DNA from: Neophaeotheca triangularis | Taxonomy: Eukaryota | Direction of reading: 5' to 3' | Assembly: GCA_054600435.1 (NCBI GenBank) | Contig: BAAIJX010000038.1 | Span: forward strand, 186,001-224,867 | Length of the DNA stretch: 38,867 nt | Shown here: positions 19,422-31,689 of the stretch, piece by piece | Layout of the letters: every line of letters begins with the position of its first letter | How positions within the stretch are numbered: the stretch's first letter is position 1 | Made by a program: the position numbers and the translations under genes | Notes under the pieces: model-generated | What the model was told of the DNA's origin: nothing | The model's database searches: none | What the model saw: the letters and a program-made list of their open reading frames with translations, nothing else

Positions 19422-22400
19422 ATGCCTCTGCTCTCCAAACGCAAGAGTCTAATGGAACTACTCCAGCCGGACGATCGCAAGGGTAAACAACAAGCCAGCC
19501 AACAGAGTCGGCAGCAAAGCAGCAACCCTTCCTCACTCACCCCTGCGCCGTCGTCGTCCTCCCGGCCCGTCAGCGATCATGGCGTTCGACAACCTTCCCG
19601 TCTGTCCCATGAGCTCCTCTCAGAGTCTCGCCCAATCTCCCAACCTCAGCAAGAGGCAAATGCCAAAACCAAACGCTTCAGTTTGTTGAAGATGCGCAAT
19701 TACTCCGAGCCCCAGTTGAGATACCGGGCGAAACAGCATGCCACTGCAGAGGAACCGCCGCCACTGCCAGAGTCCCGCCCCAACACTTCCGAAAACATGC
19801 TTCCCGGGACACCTTCGATCGTTAGGACAGCGCCAACGGGTCTGGAGCATGCAAATGTGGAAAAGGATGGCAACGTGGACAGGAAACCAAAGCGTATACA
19901 GTTCGGAAGGCAGTTGTCCAAATCTGGTAGAAGAGAAGCGCAGCCGGCAGACAACACGCAAGGAAAGCCTTCCGCAACTAGATGGCGCAAGCTGCAGAGT
20001 AAGAGCACCACGGGTCTTGCAGATCTGCACAGACATTCCGCGGCAATGACCAGTAGCTCTCAATCGAACGCACCTCCTCCGTATGGCGAGGATGATCAAT
20101 CTGCATTGGCAGTTCCTGCGACTCGGTTTTCGGACTCTTCTGATGCAGGGGATAGTCATCGCAGCTCTGGCGATCAGATATACGGCCATACGACAACGAC
20201 TCATACCGTTTCGACCCATACCACCTTCTTTAAACTGCCTAGACGCAACAAGAACCGCAACTCGCTGTTCCCACTGCCGGTGAAGCTTCAACCAACGAGT
20301 GAAAATCGACCGCCGCAAAGCCCTACAACCCCCCGAGCACCCAATGCTGCATTGTCAACGACATCCCAACAATCTCCCGATGCACAGAATCCTCCTTCTA
20401 CAGCGCTTAATCGGCGGCACACAGAAGCCAATCCGCCAACCGCCAGTGGTTCACTTTTCCCGATGCCTTCTCCGAGCGCGCTACTCGGTAGAGGATCCTT
20501 GTCCTTTGCAGAGCCAAGTAACAACATGTTTCGTAGCGATTCACAGCGCTCTCGCACTTCCAACACATCCTCACCATTGCAACCACCTCTGCGCCTAAAC
20601 ATGCGAGATAGAGCCTCCACGACCAGCTCATTCGGTAGACCTTCAGTGGAGACACCTCCACCACTTACCGGTAGTGGGCGCACCTCTACATCCACGACCG
20701 GCGGTAGATCTAGTCTTGGCGGCTTCCTGAATCTTGCGCGGTTCCGCCAGGGTTCAGATCCTCATTCACCCCGTCATGGTTCGCCAGCGCGCAACAGCAA
20801 GTCAAACTCGTTTGCAATGAGTCGAGAGGCACTCGTCATTCCTGAGCGAGAAGAAGGAGATACGCCCGGCAAGTATCTTGAACGACTCGAGGCTTCAGTA
20901 TCGCGCAGTCTGATTGCAGGCATTCTTTCCAAATCAGCGGACGCCTTTGCCCAGAACGTGTTGCGAAGCTACACACGACGCTTCCCATTCTTCGGCGAGC
21001 CGATCGACATGTCGCTTCGCAAGTTTCTCCTGGAAGCTGAGCTTCCCAAGGAGACTCAGCAAGTGGATCGAGTCATGGAAGCCTTTGCTTTCCGCTATCA
21101 TGAATGCAATCCCGGCATCTTTCCCTCGCCCGACCAGGCATACGTGATTGCCTTTTCCTTGATGATGCTACATACAGACGCCTTCAACAAGAACAACAAG
21201 CGCAAGATGCAAAAGCAAGACTACGTCAAAAACACGAGAGGCCAAGAAGTTGCAGAGGAGGTTCTTGCTTGCTTTTACGACAATATTTGCTACACGCCCT
21301 TTGTGCACTACGAAGAAGAAGTCGACATTAACGGAGAACGCATTTTGCCCTTTAAGCCAAAGAGAAGCAAGCTGAAGGGTGCAATGCAAGACGGCAGCAA
21401 GAAGCCAACGGGACCGGTCGATCCCTACAATCTGCTTGTTGAGCAGAAGCTGGACATGCTGCGTCCAGCTATCAAGGACACCATCACGATGGAAGACCCA
21501 TACAACTACCTCGCAAGCAACACAAAGCTGGACATGAAGTATCTCCAGCGGGCCTTTACGCACACAGGAGTCTTACAGATCATTTCGGCTCGTTCGAGGC
21601 CTGCGGCGTACGAAGCACAGGTCAACGATAACTTGCCAAGCCAAGCCGACACTCAAGCTGGAATCGTCGATCTCAAGGTGACCAAAGTCGGCGTATTGTG
21701 GCGGAAGTCGACGAAGCGAAAGAAGACGCGCTCGCCCTGGCAGGAATGGGGTGCGATACTTACTGGATCCCAGCTCTACCTCTTCAAGAACGCGAACTGG
21801 GTCAAAGGTCTCCAGAATCAATTCAAGATGCACCAGAAACCTGGTCAGCCACGAGTCCCGGTGGTCTTCAAGCCGCCGCTTCAAGAGTTCAAGCCTGACA
21901 ATCTTATCAAGACTGACAATGCAGTTGCACTTGTCGATCGTACCTACAACAGACACAAGTACGCCTTCACTTTTGTCAGACCAGGTAACGAGAATGAGGT
22001 CCTGTTGGCGGATGATGAGAATGAGCTGAACGATTGGCTTGCGTTAATCAATTACGCGGCGGCTTTCAGAGCCGCAGGCGTAAGGGTAAGAGGCATGGTT
22101 GGTGGCAACGAAGAAGAGCAACGTTCACAGGACGCCAGGCACTTGGATAATGCAAAGTCCCTACCTAGCGCCACTGGTCCGGTCACGGTCAAGAACCGGG
22201 GTTTAAGTCCACACCTTCAGCGGCAAGTCATGACGGCGCGTCGCCAAATTATGGCGCAGAAGATCAGTGAGTCCGAGTCCGATATTGACCAGAGCAATAA
22301 GAAGCTTGAAAGTATGCTACGGAATGCTCGTCATTTGCAAATACTCGCGCCAATAGCTCCGCGAACAAGGGAGCAAGTTTTGATGGCCGCCGCGCAAACA

Positions 22401-24422
22401 GATGCTATGATTCAGTGGACTCGCCGCGGTATCTGGCGCACCAAATGCCATAGGGACATCTTGAGTTTGGACGTCGAGCAGGATGGTGTATCAACCGCAG
22501 ATCTAATGGGCAGTAGTCCGCCCACACGCCCTGATCCACTGGAGGCTACCAATCACGCACGCGGTTTGCCTAGACTAAGCTCAAAATCTGGCACTGGACG
22601 CAGTCCGCCACAAAGCCCGAGTTCTGCTTCGCACACCAACAGAACGTCTACGAGTGGCTCGGACCACGCTTTCAGAGACGTCTTTCGCACGCCTCCAGAG
22701 TCAACTACATCTCCACGCCAGGACCAAAACTGGCACCTCCCACCGCTCCAGCTCGACGTCGCCAGCCCACCCGAGCACCGCCCCTCGGTAGCAAGCACCC
22801 TCCTCAGCGCCTCAACCCCGCGACGATCCAGCCTGTCTCAAGCCTCCTCTCGATCTAGCCTCCGCACACCCAACCAACGCAACTCCTCAGAGGTCTCTGA
22901 GACACCCTCCCGCCGTCCCAACAGCAGCGCCAACAACCTCAAACCCATCACCCCTAGCCCTAGCGCCTCTGACACTGAACTCCGCATACTCACCAATAAT
23001 GGCCTAAACCCCGACCAAGTTTCACCCAACATATCTCGCCCCTCAAACCTCGACGGCACCCCACCAACCACAACAGCAAACACAACCGGCCCCTCCCCCA
23101 GTACCCCCGAAACTAGCAAACGCAAATCCGGTGGTGCGCGCCGCTCGCTCCAAAGAACCCTCCGCGACGCCCACAGCAGCTCTCATCACCACTCCCACCA
23201 CCGCGGCCATCGCAAAGACAAAGACAGCCAGGGCACTGTGCGGTCGACCTCGACGACGAACGGCGAAGACGGCGCGGAAGGCACTCCTGGTCTCGAGCGT
23301 GCCACAGGCCGCTTCATCCTGCACGGCAAGCAAGCTTCCGTGGTGCAATTCGACGGAAGCGAGTGGCCGAGTGAACGTATGCGGTTGCGGCGTGAGAGAT
23401 GGAGAGAAGGCGGTAGTTCGCCCAAAAGCGGAGGTGGCGGTGGGAGGATGGCGAGCGAGGATTCCGTGCCGGGGTCTATCGGGAGCGGGAGGCTTGGAAG
23501 CAGTATTGGTAGGAGTTTCAGCGGCGAGAGCGGGAGTACCGCGCGTACTGGGGGAATGGCGGAGGTCGGTGCTAGTCCTAGGAGCGCTGGGAGCAAGGAG
23601 CAGGCGGCATGGGGGTACTTTGATCTACCGAACTGGCGGGCGCGGCAGGGTGCGGAGGGAAGCGAAGGCAGGGGTAAGCGGGAGACTGTGATCCGTGCTC
23701 CCCCTACCGCTGGCGGCAGGGGATCGGAACTGCCAGTTTCTCCTACGCCTAGGCCAACGAGTCGCGATAGCCAGGCCGCCTCTTCTGTTTCCGCCGTCAC
23801 TACGACGACTTCCACGACCACTGACGATGACAATGACAATGACGACCGTGATGACGAAGATGCCACGCCCCTGTCTCCCGGCTCTGGCTCGCCTAAGAGG
23901 CCCCGAGGGAACAGGCTCACTGTCCTCGGGCCGCAGCAGCAACAACGACGTCAACAGCAAGAGCAAACCACGACATCACCCTCATCAAATCCCCCTCGCC
24001 ACCAAACTCGCCCCTCTATCCAACTAAACGGCACAGCCACCAGTCCGCTCCCTTCTCCAACGCCCTCGGTCTCTGCCGCGACCACAGAGTCCGAGGATCC
24101 GGACTTCGTCGACGTGCAAACGCGGCGTCCGGAGACGGCTATGAAGATCTCGCATCCTGCGGGGCGTGGATCGGGCTCTCACGCTGCTACTGTTGATATC
24201 GGAAGGGGGGATGGGGTAGAGACGGCGACGGATGAGGGGAGTGAGAGTTTCGACGCGGATGAAATGAGTGATGAGGAGTTGAGACGATTGGCAGAAGGGG
24301 GTTTTGCGGTTGAAAATCGTAGGGGTAGTGAAGATGGGAGTGGGAGCGAGGAGGAGAGGGAGAGGGAGAGGGAGAGAGAGCATAGGCGTGGTAGCTCTGG
24401 GGTGGGGGTTTGGGTCGCTTAA
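19422..24422 (+). CDS. SYT1: Arf guanine-nucleotide exchange factor with Sec7 and PH domains (Syt1-like), single 1666-aa ORF
   Basis: Sec7 motifs PIDMSLRKFL, LPKETQQVDRVMEAFA (glutamic finger), FSLMMLHTDAFN, KMQKQDYVKN; PH-like KVGVLWRK..WQEWGAILTGSQLYLFK..ELNDWLALIN; long low-complexity flanks. Confidence 0.88.
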   Translation: MPLLSKRKSLMELLQPDDRKGKQQASQQSRQQSSNPSSLTPAPSSSSRPVSDHGVRQPSRLSHELLSESRPISQPQQEANAKTKRFSLLKMRNYSEPQLRYRAKQHATAEEPPPLPESRPNTSENMLPGTPSIVRTAPTGLEHANVEKDGNVDRKPKRIQFGRQLSKSGRREAQPADNTQGKPSATRWRKLQSKSTTGLADLHRHSAAMTSSSQSNAPPPYGEDDQSALAVPATRFSDSSDAGDSHRSSGDQIYGHTTTTHTVSTHTTFFKLPRRNKNRNSLFPLPVKLQPTSENRPPQSPTTPRAPNAALSTTSQQSPDAQNPPSTALNRRHTEANPPTASGSLFPMPSPSALLGRGSLSFAEPSNNMFRSDSQRSRTSNTSSPLQPPLRLNMRDRASTTSSFGRPSVETPPPLTGSGRTSTSTTGGRSSLGGFLNLARFRQGSDPHSPRHGSPARNSKSNSFAMSREALVIPEREEGDTPGKYLERLEASVSRSLIAGILSKSADAFAQNVLRSYTRRFPFFGEPIDMSLRKFLLEAELPKETQQVDRVMEAFAFRYHECNPGIFPSPDQAYVIAFSLMMLHTDAFNKNNKRKMQKQDYVKNTRGQEVAEEVLACFYDNICYTPFVHYEEEVDINGERILPFKPKRSKLKGAMQDGSKKPTGPVDPYNLLVEQKLDMLRPAIKDTITMEDPYNYLASNTKLDMKYLQRAFTHTGVLQIISARSRPAAYEAQVNDNLPSQADTQAGIVDLKVTKVGVLWRKSTKRKKTRSPWQEWGAILTGSQLYLFKNANWVKGLQNQFKMHQKPGQPRVPVVFKPPLQEFKPDNLIKTDNAVALVDRTYNRHKYAFTFVRPGNENEVLLADDENELNDWLALINYAAAFRAAGVRVRGMVGGNEEEQRSQDARHLDNAKSLPSATGPVTVKNRGLSPHLQRQVMTARRQIMAQKISESESDIDQSNKKLESMLRNARHLQILAPIAPRTREQVLMAAAQTDAMIQWTRRGIWRTKCHRDILSLDVEQDGVSTADLMGSSPPTRPDPLEATNHARGLPRLSSKSGTGRSPPQSPSSASHTNRTSTSGSDHAFRDVFRTPPESTTSPRQDQNWHLPPLQLDVASPPEHRPSVASTLLSASTPRRSSLSQASSRSSLRTPNQRNSSEVSETPSRRPNSSANNLKPITPSPSASDTELRILTNNGLNPDQVSPNISRPSNLDGTPPTTTANTTGPSPSTPETSKRKSGGARRSLQRTLRDAHSSSHHHSHHRGHRKDKDSQGTVRSTSTTNGEDGAEGTPGLERATGRFILHGKQASVVQFDGSEWPSERMRLRRERWREGGSSPKSGGGGGRMASEDSVPGSIGSGRLGSSIGRSFSGESGSTARTGGMAEVGASPRSAGSKEQAAWGYFDLPNWRARQGAEGSEGRGKRETVIRAPPTAGGRGSELPVSPTPRPTSRDSQAASSVSAVTTTTSTTTDDDNDNDDRDDEDATPLSPGSGSPKRPRGNRLTVLGPQQQQRRQQQEQTTTSPSSNPPRHQTRPSIQLNGTATSPLPSPTPSVSAATTESEDPDFVDVQTRRPETAMKISHPAGRGSGSHAATVDIGRGDGVETATDEGSESFDADEMSDEELRRLAEGGFAVENRRGSEDGSGSEEEREREREREHRRGSSGVGVWVA

Positions 24423-25797
24423 GCGAAGAAAACAAATTTGGGTCTTCGGGGCGTTTTGAAAAGTTGCAATGGCTTGGGTTTTTCTCATAGCATGCATGAT
24501 ACCAGTGTACTATTAACGTACGTACGTAAACCTCGTTTTGAATCGAAAAGGTTTGGGGCGTTTCTTCCAACACTCCCTCGAGTTTTTTACTTTCTTTTCT
24601 TGACCGTTTGGTTTCCGCGTCTCGCCTTCTCTCCCGACTTCTTTCGCGGATCCAGCGAGTGAGTCTCTTTCTTTTCTTTTTTCTTTTTTCTTTTCCCTTT
24701 TTTTTTTCTTTTTCTCGTGTGGTTTGAGTAAAGCGCGGTATGCCCACTGGCTGGTTGCGATTTTCTCGCCAACTGCGCTTGAAGAGCGTGTGCGGTCGTC
24801 GAGGTCATTGTTGTTGTAATTATTGCTGGTTGTGAGCTTGCGAGCAAGAATCTCGGGGATCTGGGGCTAAGGGAGAGGATAGATGATTGAGGTTGCCAGC
24901 CACCACCTCCTGCCTCGATGTAGTTTTAGAAAAAGCTGGGGAAGCTTGGGATAGAAGAGACGAGAAAGGAGGACGAGATAGAGAGAAGGGGGAGGACGAA
25001 AGAGGGGGGATTGGGTGGGGTGATGGAGGTGAGAGTAGCTTAACGAGCCAGACACTTCGGCAAGAAGAAGATAGGACAGCATAGGGGGATAGGGAAGAGA
25101 AGAGACAATGTCGTGTGCTGAACTTGCCCCTACCTTACCCGCTCACGGCGACAGAGTTCGGTCGCCTACCCTGACAAATCTTCTCCAACCCACGAGCACT
25201 GCATTGCGGCAATTTTCTCTCCCCCGTAGCGGAGATTCGCCACCCCGAAGCATTGGTCTGGCTCTCGACAATAGCATCACGGCCGAGCGGGTTCAGACTT
25301 TGGTGCCAAAAGCTTTTTCATTTTCCGCAATACAAGCAATCTGGCGAAACTAATAACCTGAACTCCACTCTCTCCGTTCCCATCAGGAGAGCCAACGCCA
25401 ATCGAACCAAAACCCTGCCCTGTCCTGCCCTGATTCCGTCCTGATTGAGGCCGGCAGAAGCTGCTGTGCACTACTCGAGTGCTGGGAGTGGAAGATTTCT
25501 CCCCCAAGCGCAAAGGTGTGCAGAGAAAATGGGGTCGCAAACGCCTGTCTGCCTGCCTGTCTGCCTGCCCTTCCGTCGTTCTGTCTGCCTGTCTTTTCCC
25601 CGACAAGCCGTTGTGATCCGTGAACGCCGTAGTGCAGCCCTTGCAGGCGTAAGTAGGGATTGCCCAAACCCAGGTCGCTGCTAAAACAACAGTAGAAGAG
25701 GAAAAGAAAGAAATTCATCAACCCGCCGCACCACTTTCTTCACCCCTCGAGGCTCAAAACCAGGTCCAAGGGGTCGAATAATTGCCATTCCTCGGCC

Positions 25798-28700
25798 CTA
25801 AAACATACCACCCTCAACCCCAGCAGCGGCGCGATTCGCACTCCCGTTCTGCTGCTGCTGCTGCTGCTGCTGCTGATGCTGCCGCTGTTGTCCGCTCCCT
25901 ATCTTCCTCTCCATGTCCTCCAATTTGCGCGTGAAATGTTCAATCATGGCGTTGACGCGGTGTTCCGAGTCCGAATTACCGCCGCCAACCTCACCACCAT
26001 TGTCGCCTTGCTGCTGCTCCTGCGGCGGAAAAAACAACCTCGGGACCACCTCTTGCCTAGGATGCTGCAGCTGCTGCGACCCATCGGGAGAAACAGATGG
26101 CGTGCTGGTAAAAGCGGGCGAGGAAGAGTCGGAGACCTCGACAGAGGCGGCTTGGGCTTGCTGTTGTTGCGGCTGTGGGTCGCGTAGACTGTCGTTGCGA
26201 GGGGGGTAGTAGGCTGAGTGTTCTATGTTTGCTTCGTCCTCGCTTCTTCCGTCACTCGAGTCGCTGGCCTCGCTGGCCTCGCTGTTCTCGCTCACTTGGC
26301 TCTTGTCGTCGGGCGAGCGCGTGTAGTATTCGGGCGCGACCGAGTGGCGCTGGTACAGCTCTCTAGGACTGACGTTGCCGCGCTCGCGCTGCGCACCCGC
26401 TCGTAGTAGAGCTTGGCGGACAGGGTGGGAGTCGTCTCTGAGCTCGCCGCCGGTGGTGTAAGAGGCAGCGGATAGGGAGCTGGTGCGAACGTTTGCGGTG
26501 TTCCAGCTCTCGATGGCGGCGGCGAAAGCTGTTTCCTCTTCTTGCTGCTCGAGACGCGTTCTATCGGCTTCGGCTTGTTTGCGCTCGACAATGTCCAGGC
26601 GGTCGCTGAGCTCGAGATGATTGGCGCGCATTTCTGTGCGCAGGTCGGCGATGTCTTTGTCGCGGGCGAGGATGTGGGTGTTGAGTTTGTGAAACATTGA
26701 GAGCAGCGTGTCAAGCTTGTCCGAGGTTTCGTCGATGGGAGTTGTGGGCGAGATCTTCTGCGGGTCGACGTTGAGGTTCTGAGTTGGCGGGACGATTCGG
26801 AGAGGGCTGGTAGGACGCGAGTGCGATAACTTGGGTGCGTTGGCGAGGACGTTGGCGCGAGGAGTCGGGAAGCTGAAGTCTTCCTTGTTCTCGTGGACGG
26901 CGCCGCCGATGTACTCAGTGTTGCGAGGAGAGGCCGGCCTTACGGGCGTCTCTGGCATATCGATTTTGCGTCTCCCATCAGGCACGGGTCCTGTCTTTGT
27001 CTTAGTCTTGTGGCTCTTTGTTTTGGTAGGAGTCTCCATCGTACCAAGCTTCACGATTGTGCGGGTGTTCTTGCTGCGCTTGGCTACTTTGACTTTAGCC
27101 TTTGGCGTGGCTTGGGGATCGAGGGTCTCTTCTCTACCCTTCTTCCTGCTAACACGATCTTGGTCTCCTGGCACGTAAGTGGTCGCAGGTAAAAACTCCA
27201 AAGGCGATGGCATGGCGCTGGGGTGGAAAGACTGTGGCGACATATTGTTCCCAGGACGCTCAATCGGGCGGGCAAAGATTCCAGTGTCCATCGAATGGTG
27301 TGGGCTCTTGCTGTGATCGCGAGAATGCGTAGCACCGTGCTGGGGCTTGATGGTATCGCTCGGCGTATCGTCGTGGACAACGCTGATGCGGTTGCTCCAA
27401 AAGGAATCGGTAGAGTGGTTGGGGTTCTGAGGGCGAAGTTGACGCAAATAGTTCGGATCGTTGGCGAGATCTGGATAACACACTTCAATTGTCTCCTTAC
27501 TGTCGTTGCTGCTGCTCTTTTGATGAGCATCATCGCGGTCAAGAACCTTAGGCTGCTGCTCGGGGCTGTTGCGGTTCTTTGACAAGAACCCTTCCAGCGG
27601 ATTCGGGTTCGGCGAAGAAGTCACAGACTCCGACTGCCAGTTGCTCTGGTAGATGCTGGGCGAGTAGATGTTATTTCCAGGATTGTCCATAGCAAAGTTG
27701 GCGTTGGTGATGCCCAGCCCGCCGACATCCGGCAACGTCGACTGATCAAACGTCTTGACACCCTTTGGGTCCGTCACGACCGCCGCTTCAAACGAGCGAA
27801 CGCTCGCTTGTTTCTGGATGGAAGCTTCGTGACGATGTCCATAGCTGCCATACTTGGTAGGGCTGAGGCGGTCACTTGCATTGATGAACTTGATATCGCC
27901 GGGGCTGTTGTCAAACTCGCTCGCAGCATTGACCGGACGCCTCGAGGGAGTCTGATCCTCATCACCAGCCTGCTGATACCCCTGCTTGCCTGGAGTACGA
28001 CCGCTCTGACTTTCAAACTCCTTCTTCGCCTTCTCTTCCGGGGGGGTGTTCTTGGCAGGTGGCGTAGGCGGGATCCTCCTATCAAAGTAGTTGAGACTCT
28101 GCGAGCGCGCCACCATACATGCATCCGCATGCTGCTGCTTATCAACACCACGCTCCGACAGAGTCTGCGAGATGATGCGCTTGTCCTGGGACTGGGTATT
28201 TGGAGAATCGGTAGAAGCGGTTTGAGGAGTCTTGGTCGAAGGGACGTTTGTAGATTTGGCTGTGACCGGCGACTCGTTGACGACAACGTTGGTGTTCTTG
28301 GTGTTGCGCAAGCCTGAAGCTTTCGCAATGTTAACATGCGTGTCTAGTCCGAGCACAGCCTTGCGAGAGAAAATACCCTTTTTCTTGTTTGACGGCGAGC
28401 GCGTGAGGCTCGCGTTTGATGGCGAAGTACCCAGAACCGCTTGCGCTTTGGGCGGGACATTCTCTTCTGGTTCTGTAGGTGGCGCGGTGTTGCCCCTGTT
28501 CGACATGCGGAAGCGCTCAAGCAGACCCTTCTTGGGGCTTTTGGGACGCTCGGTGGGACCGCCCTCGCTGTGGCGCGTCTTCTTCTTGGGAGTCGGTAGT
28601 TTGGAAAACTCATTGCTATTGTCCTTTGGGGTAGGGTGGAAGACTGGAGTGCGCTCGTCTTCAGCACCGGACGCCGCATGTTTCGCCTGCTCGTCGCGCT

Positions 28701-29124
28701 CCTCGATCCACCCGCGTCTGGTGGGCATGGCGTACTCACCCCCTTCAGGCACCAGCTTAAGCTCAGGTGACCCGGAAGTGGCTTGACCTTGCAGCGGCTG
28801 CCTGCCCGCGTTGATAAAGGGGGACATTGTAGTCATGGTAGAGTCGCGCACATCTCCTCCATCGCCCTCGGACTTCTTGGAAGGGGTTCTGTCAGACACT
28901 GCTCGATGGCGATAGGCTGGGTGGATTGCGCTCACCACTGAGTTGTTGCGCCTGTCTTGCTGCTGCTGGTAGAACGCGTTGCTGTTGTAGCGATGCTGGT
29001 CCATTCTGGTAGCCTGCTGCGCAAACGCGTTCGGTCCTGGGTTTGCTTCTGGAATGTCCTGAAGAGTCGGGTTGTGGCGCGTCGGCGAACCTGGACGAGA
29101 GTTTGGCTCACGCCGCGTCCCCAT
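25798..29124 (-). CDS. Uncharacterised 1108-aa mostly disordered protein with a C-terminal coiled coil and poly-Q
   Basis: 3.3-kb uninterrupted ORF from ATG; Pro-rich motifs (IPPTPPAKNTPP, PSAMPSPLEFLPATTYVP) and a heptad region (DKLDTLLSMFHKL...LEQQEEE). Confidence 0.8.
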   Translation of the reverse strand: MGTRREPNSRPGSPTRHNPTLQDIPEANPGPNAFAQQATRMDQHRYNSNAFYQQQQDRRNNSVVSAIHPAYRHRAVSDRTPSKKSEGDGGDVRDSTMTTMSPFINAGRQPLQGQATSGSPELKLVPEGGEYAMPTRRGWIEERDEQAKHAASGAEDERTPVFHPTPKDNSNEFSKLPTPKKKTRHSEGGPTERPKSPKKGLLERFRMSNRGNTAPPTEPEENVPPKAQAVLGTSPSNASLTRSPSNKKKGIFSRKAVLGLDTHVNIAKASGLRNTKNTNVVVNESPVTAKSTNVPSTKTPQTASTDSPNTQSQDKRIISQTLSERGVDKQQHADACMVARSQSLNYFDRRIPPTPPAKNTPPEEKAKKEFESQSGRTPGKQGYQQAGDEDQTPSRRPVNAASEFDNSPGDIKFINASDRLSPTKYGSYGHRHEASIQKQASVRSFEAAVVTDPKGVKTFDQSTLPDVGGLGITNANFAMDNPGNNIYSPSIYQSNWQSESVTSSPNPNPLEGFLSKNRNSPEQQPKVLDRDDAHQKSSSNDSKETIEVCYPDLANDPNYLRQLRPQNPNHSTDSFWSNRISVVHDDTPSDTIKPQHGATHSRDHSKSPHHSMDTGIFARPIERPGNNMSPQSFHPSAMPSPLEFLPATTYVPGDQDRVSRKKGREETLDPQATPKAKVKVAKRSKNTRTIVKLGTMETPTKTKSHKTKTKTGPVPDGRRKIDMPETPVRPASPRNTEYIGGAVHENKEDFSFPTPRANVLANAPKLSHSRPTSPLRIVPPTQNLNVDPQKISPTTPIDETSDKLDTLLSMFHKLNTHILARDKDIADLRTEMRANHLELSDRLDIVERKQAEADRTRLEQQEEETAFAAAIESWNTANVRTSSLSAASYTTGGELRDDSHPVRQALLRAGAQRERGNVSPRELYQRHSVAPEYYTRSPDDKSQVSENSEASEASDSSDGRSEDEANIEHSAYYPPRNDSLRDPQPQQQQAQAASVEVSDSSSPAFTSTPSVSPDGSQQLQHPRQEVVPRLFFPPQEQQQGDNGGEVGGGNSDSEHRVNAMIEHFTRKLEDMERKIGSGQQRQHQQQQQQQQQNGSANRAAAGVEGGMF

Positions 29125-29741
29125 TGTCGCAAAGTGGTATTGTTGTCGCGGTAAGGAGATGGTTGGTAGCTATGTGAAGTGAAGTATGAATCCGCAGCAA
29201 TAAGTAAGGGGAATCAATAGCGACTGCTAGCAATAGCGGAGATGGAGGCGAGGTGAAGGGGTAGGTGGAAGTGGAAGTGGAAATGGAGGCGGAGGTGTGC
29301 GTGTTGGCTTTGGCGATGAGGTCAAAGTCTGCTTTGAGCGTCAACAAGCCCGACTGAAAGGGAAGGCACGCCTACCTGCACCTGCCTCGCAGCACCCACC
29401 TTCATCTTGCCGGTAGTGCCGGCGTTGAGCCGCTGAACAAACAAAACACCAACTCCGTTTCTCAAACACCATACCACTACCACAAAGAAGACGCCATCGC
29501 TTACTGATACCCTTAGAACCAACACCATTTTGATCTCCTCTTAAAGGGCGTTCATAGAAAAGTATACCAGCAATTCTCGCTGTCGCTCTGCTTCCCTTTG
29601 AAAAGGGGCTATCGCCCCAACCCTCATCCAAAAGACAACCCTCCCTGCTAGTACTCCGAGCGCCGAACTCTTGCTGCCGATGCGTGGGGATCGTGCGGGT
29701 AGCTTGCTTGGTACTCCAAGCGCCTGCTCTGCAACCATAGA

Positions 29742-30820
<1,079 letters not shown>

Positions 30821-31689
30821 CTTGACAAGATCCTAGCTCGCAATTTTCTTTGCGTAAACAGACAGAAAGCGAGCCAATCTTCGGCAGGTATTCTCGAGGA
30901 GCGCGCCTATGTTCCGTGGGGTAAGGGATTCGGTTTCGTTCAAGTAAAGCACAATCGGCGGTGAGTAGAGCGTGAGAACGTGTGCGTGTTGCGGGTATCG
31001 GGCCGGAAGGGAGGTTTGTTGTGGTCGTGGTACGGTAGCGAGCGAATGTGAGTGCGACGAAGGAGTTCGAGGCCTCGTTGGAGAGGGCGGTTTGGAGTCG
31101 AATGGGAAGTCTGAAGATGTTTGTTCTTTTCTCGCTCGCAGCCCGACGTGAATGTACAGCCAGTAAGTTGCTAATTAGAGTGGAGGTTGCTCCGAAAGCT
31201 CTCGAGGTGAGGTTCAGGTTGGGCTCGGCTTCAAGGTACGTGTGTACGGTAGTAGCCGCTTTTGCTCTTCCCTTGCTGCAGTACAGTCGGTAGGAGTGGC
31301 AGATGCAACAACGCAGCAAAAGCTTACAAACACACGGTCATGGGCCTTGTGGCGTTTGGAGAGATGAGGGAGTGAAATGACTTTTGTTTTGGATACAGGC
31401 GACAAGCCATACGACTATGGACGGGTGGTAATGAAACGCGAATGCGCCAGGGTACCTAATAAAGCTCCAATCCTACAGCCTGTCCAGTCTGGACCCGCAG
31501 TCACGTGAGCGGCTAGGGATTGGAATGCTGCCGTTTCATGCATTTAACAATCACAAGGCCGTTTATCTTACAGCTAGATACACACCCACTAATACACACT
31601 GCGCTAGCTAACTTTCACAGAAAAGCAATCATCATCGCTGTTTTGGCTTGACCCGCTCTGGTAGACGCATCGACAGACTTTGTACGCAA

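Noticed and set aside
19620..24500. Many antisense ORFs within the Sec7 gene, and likewise within other long CDSs
   Set aside because: Expected in GC-rich coding DNA; no independent support.
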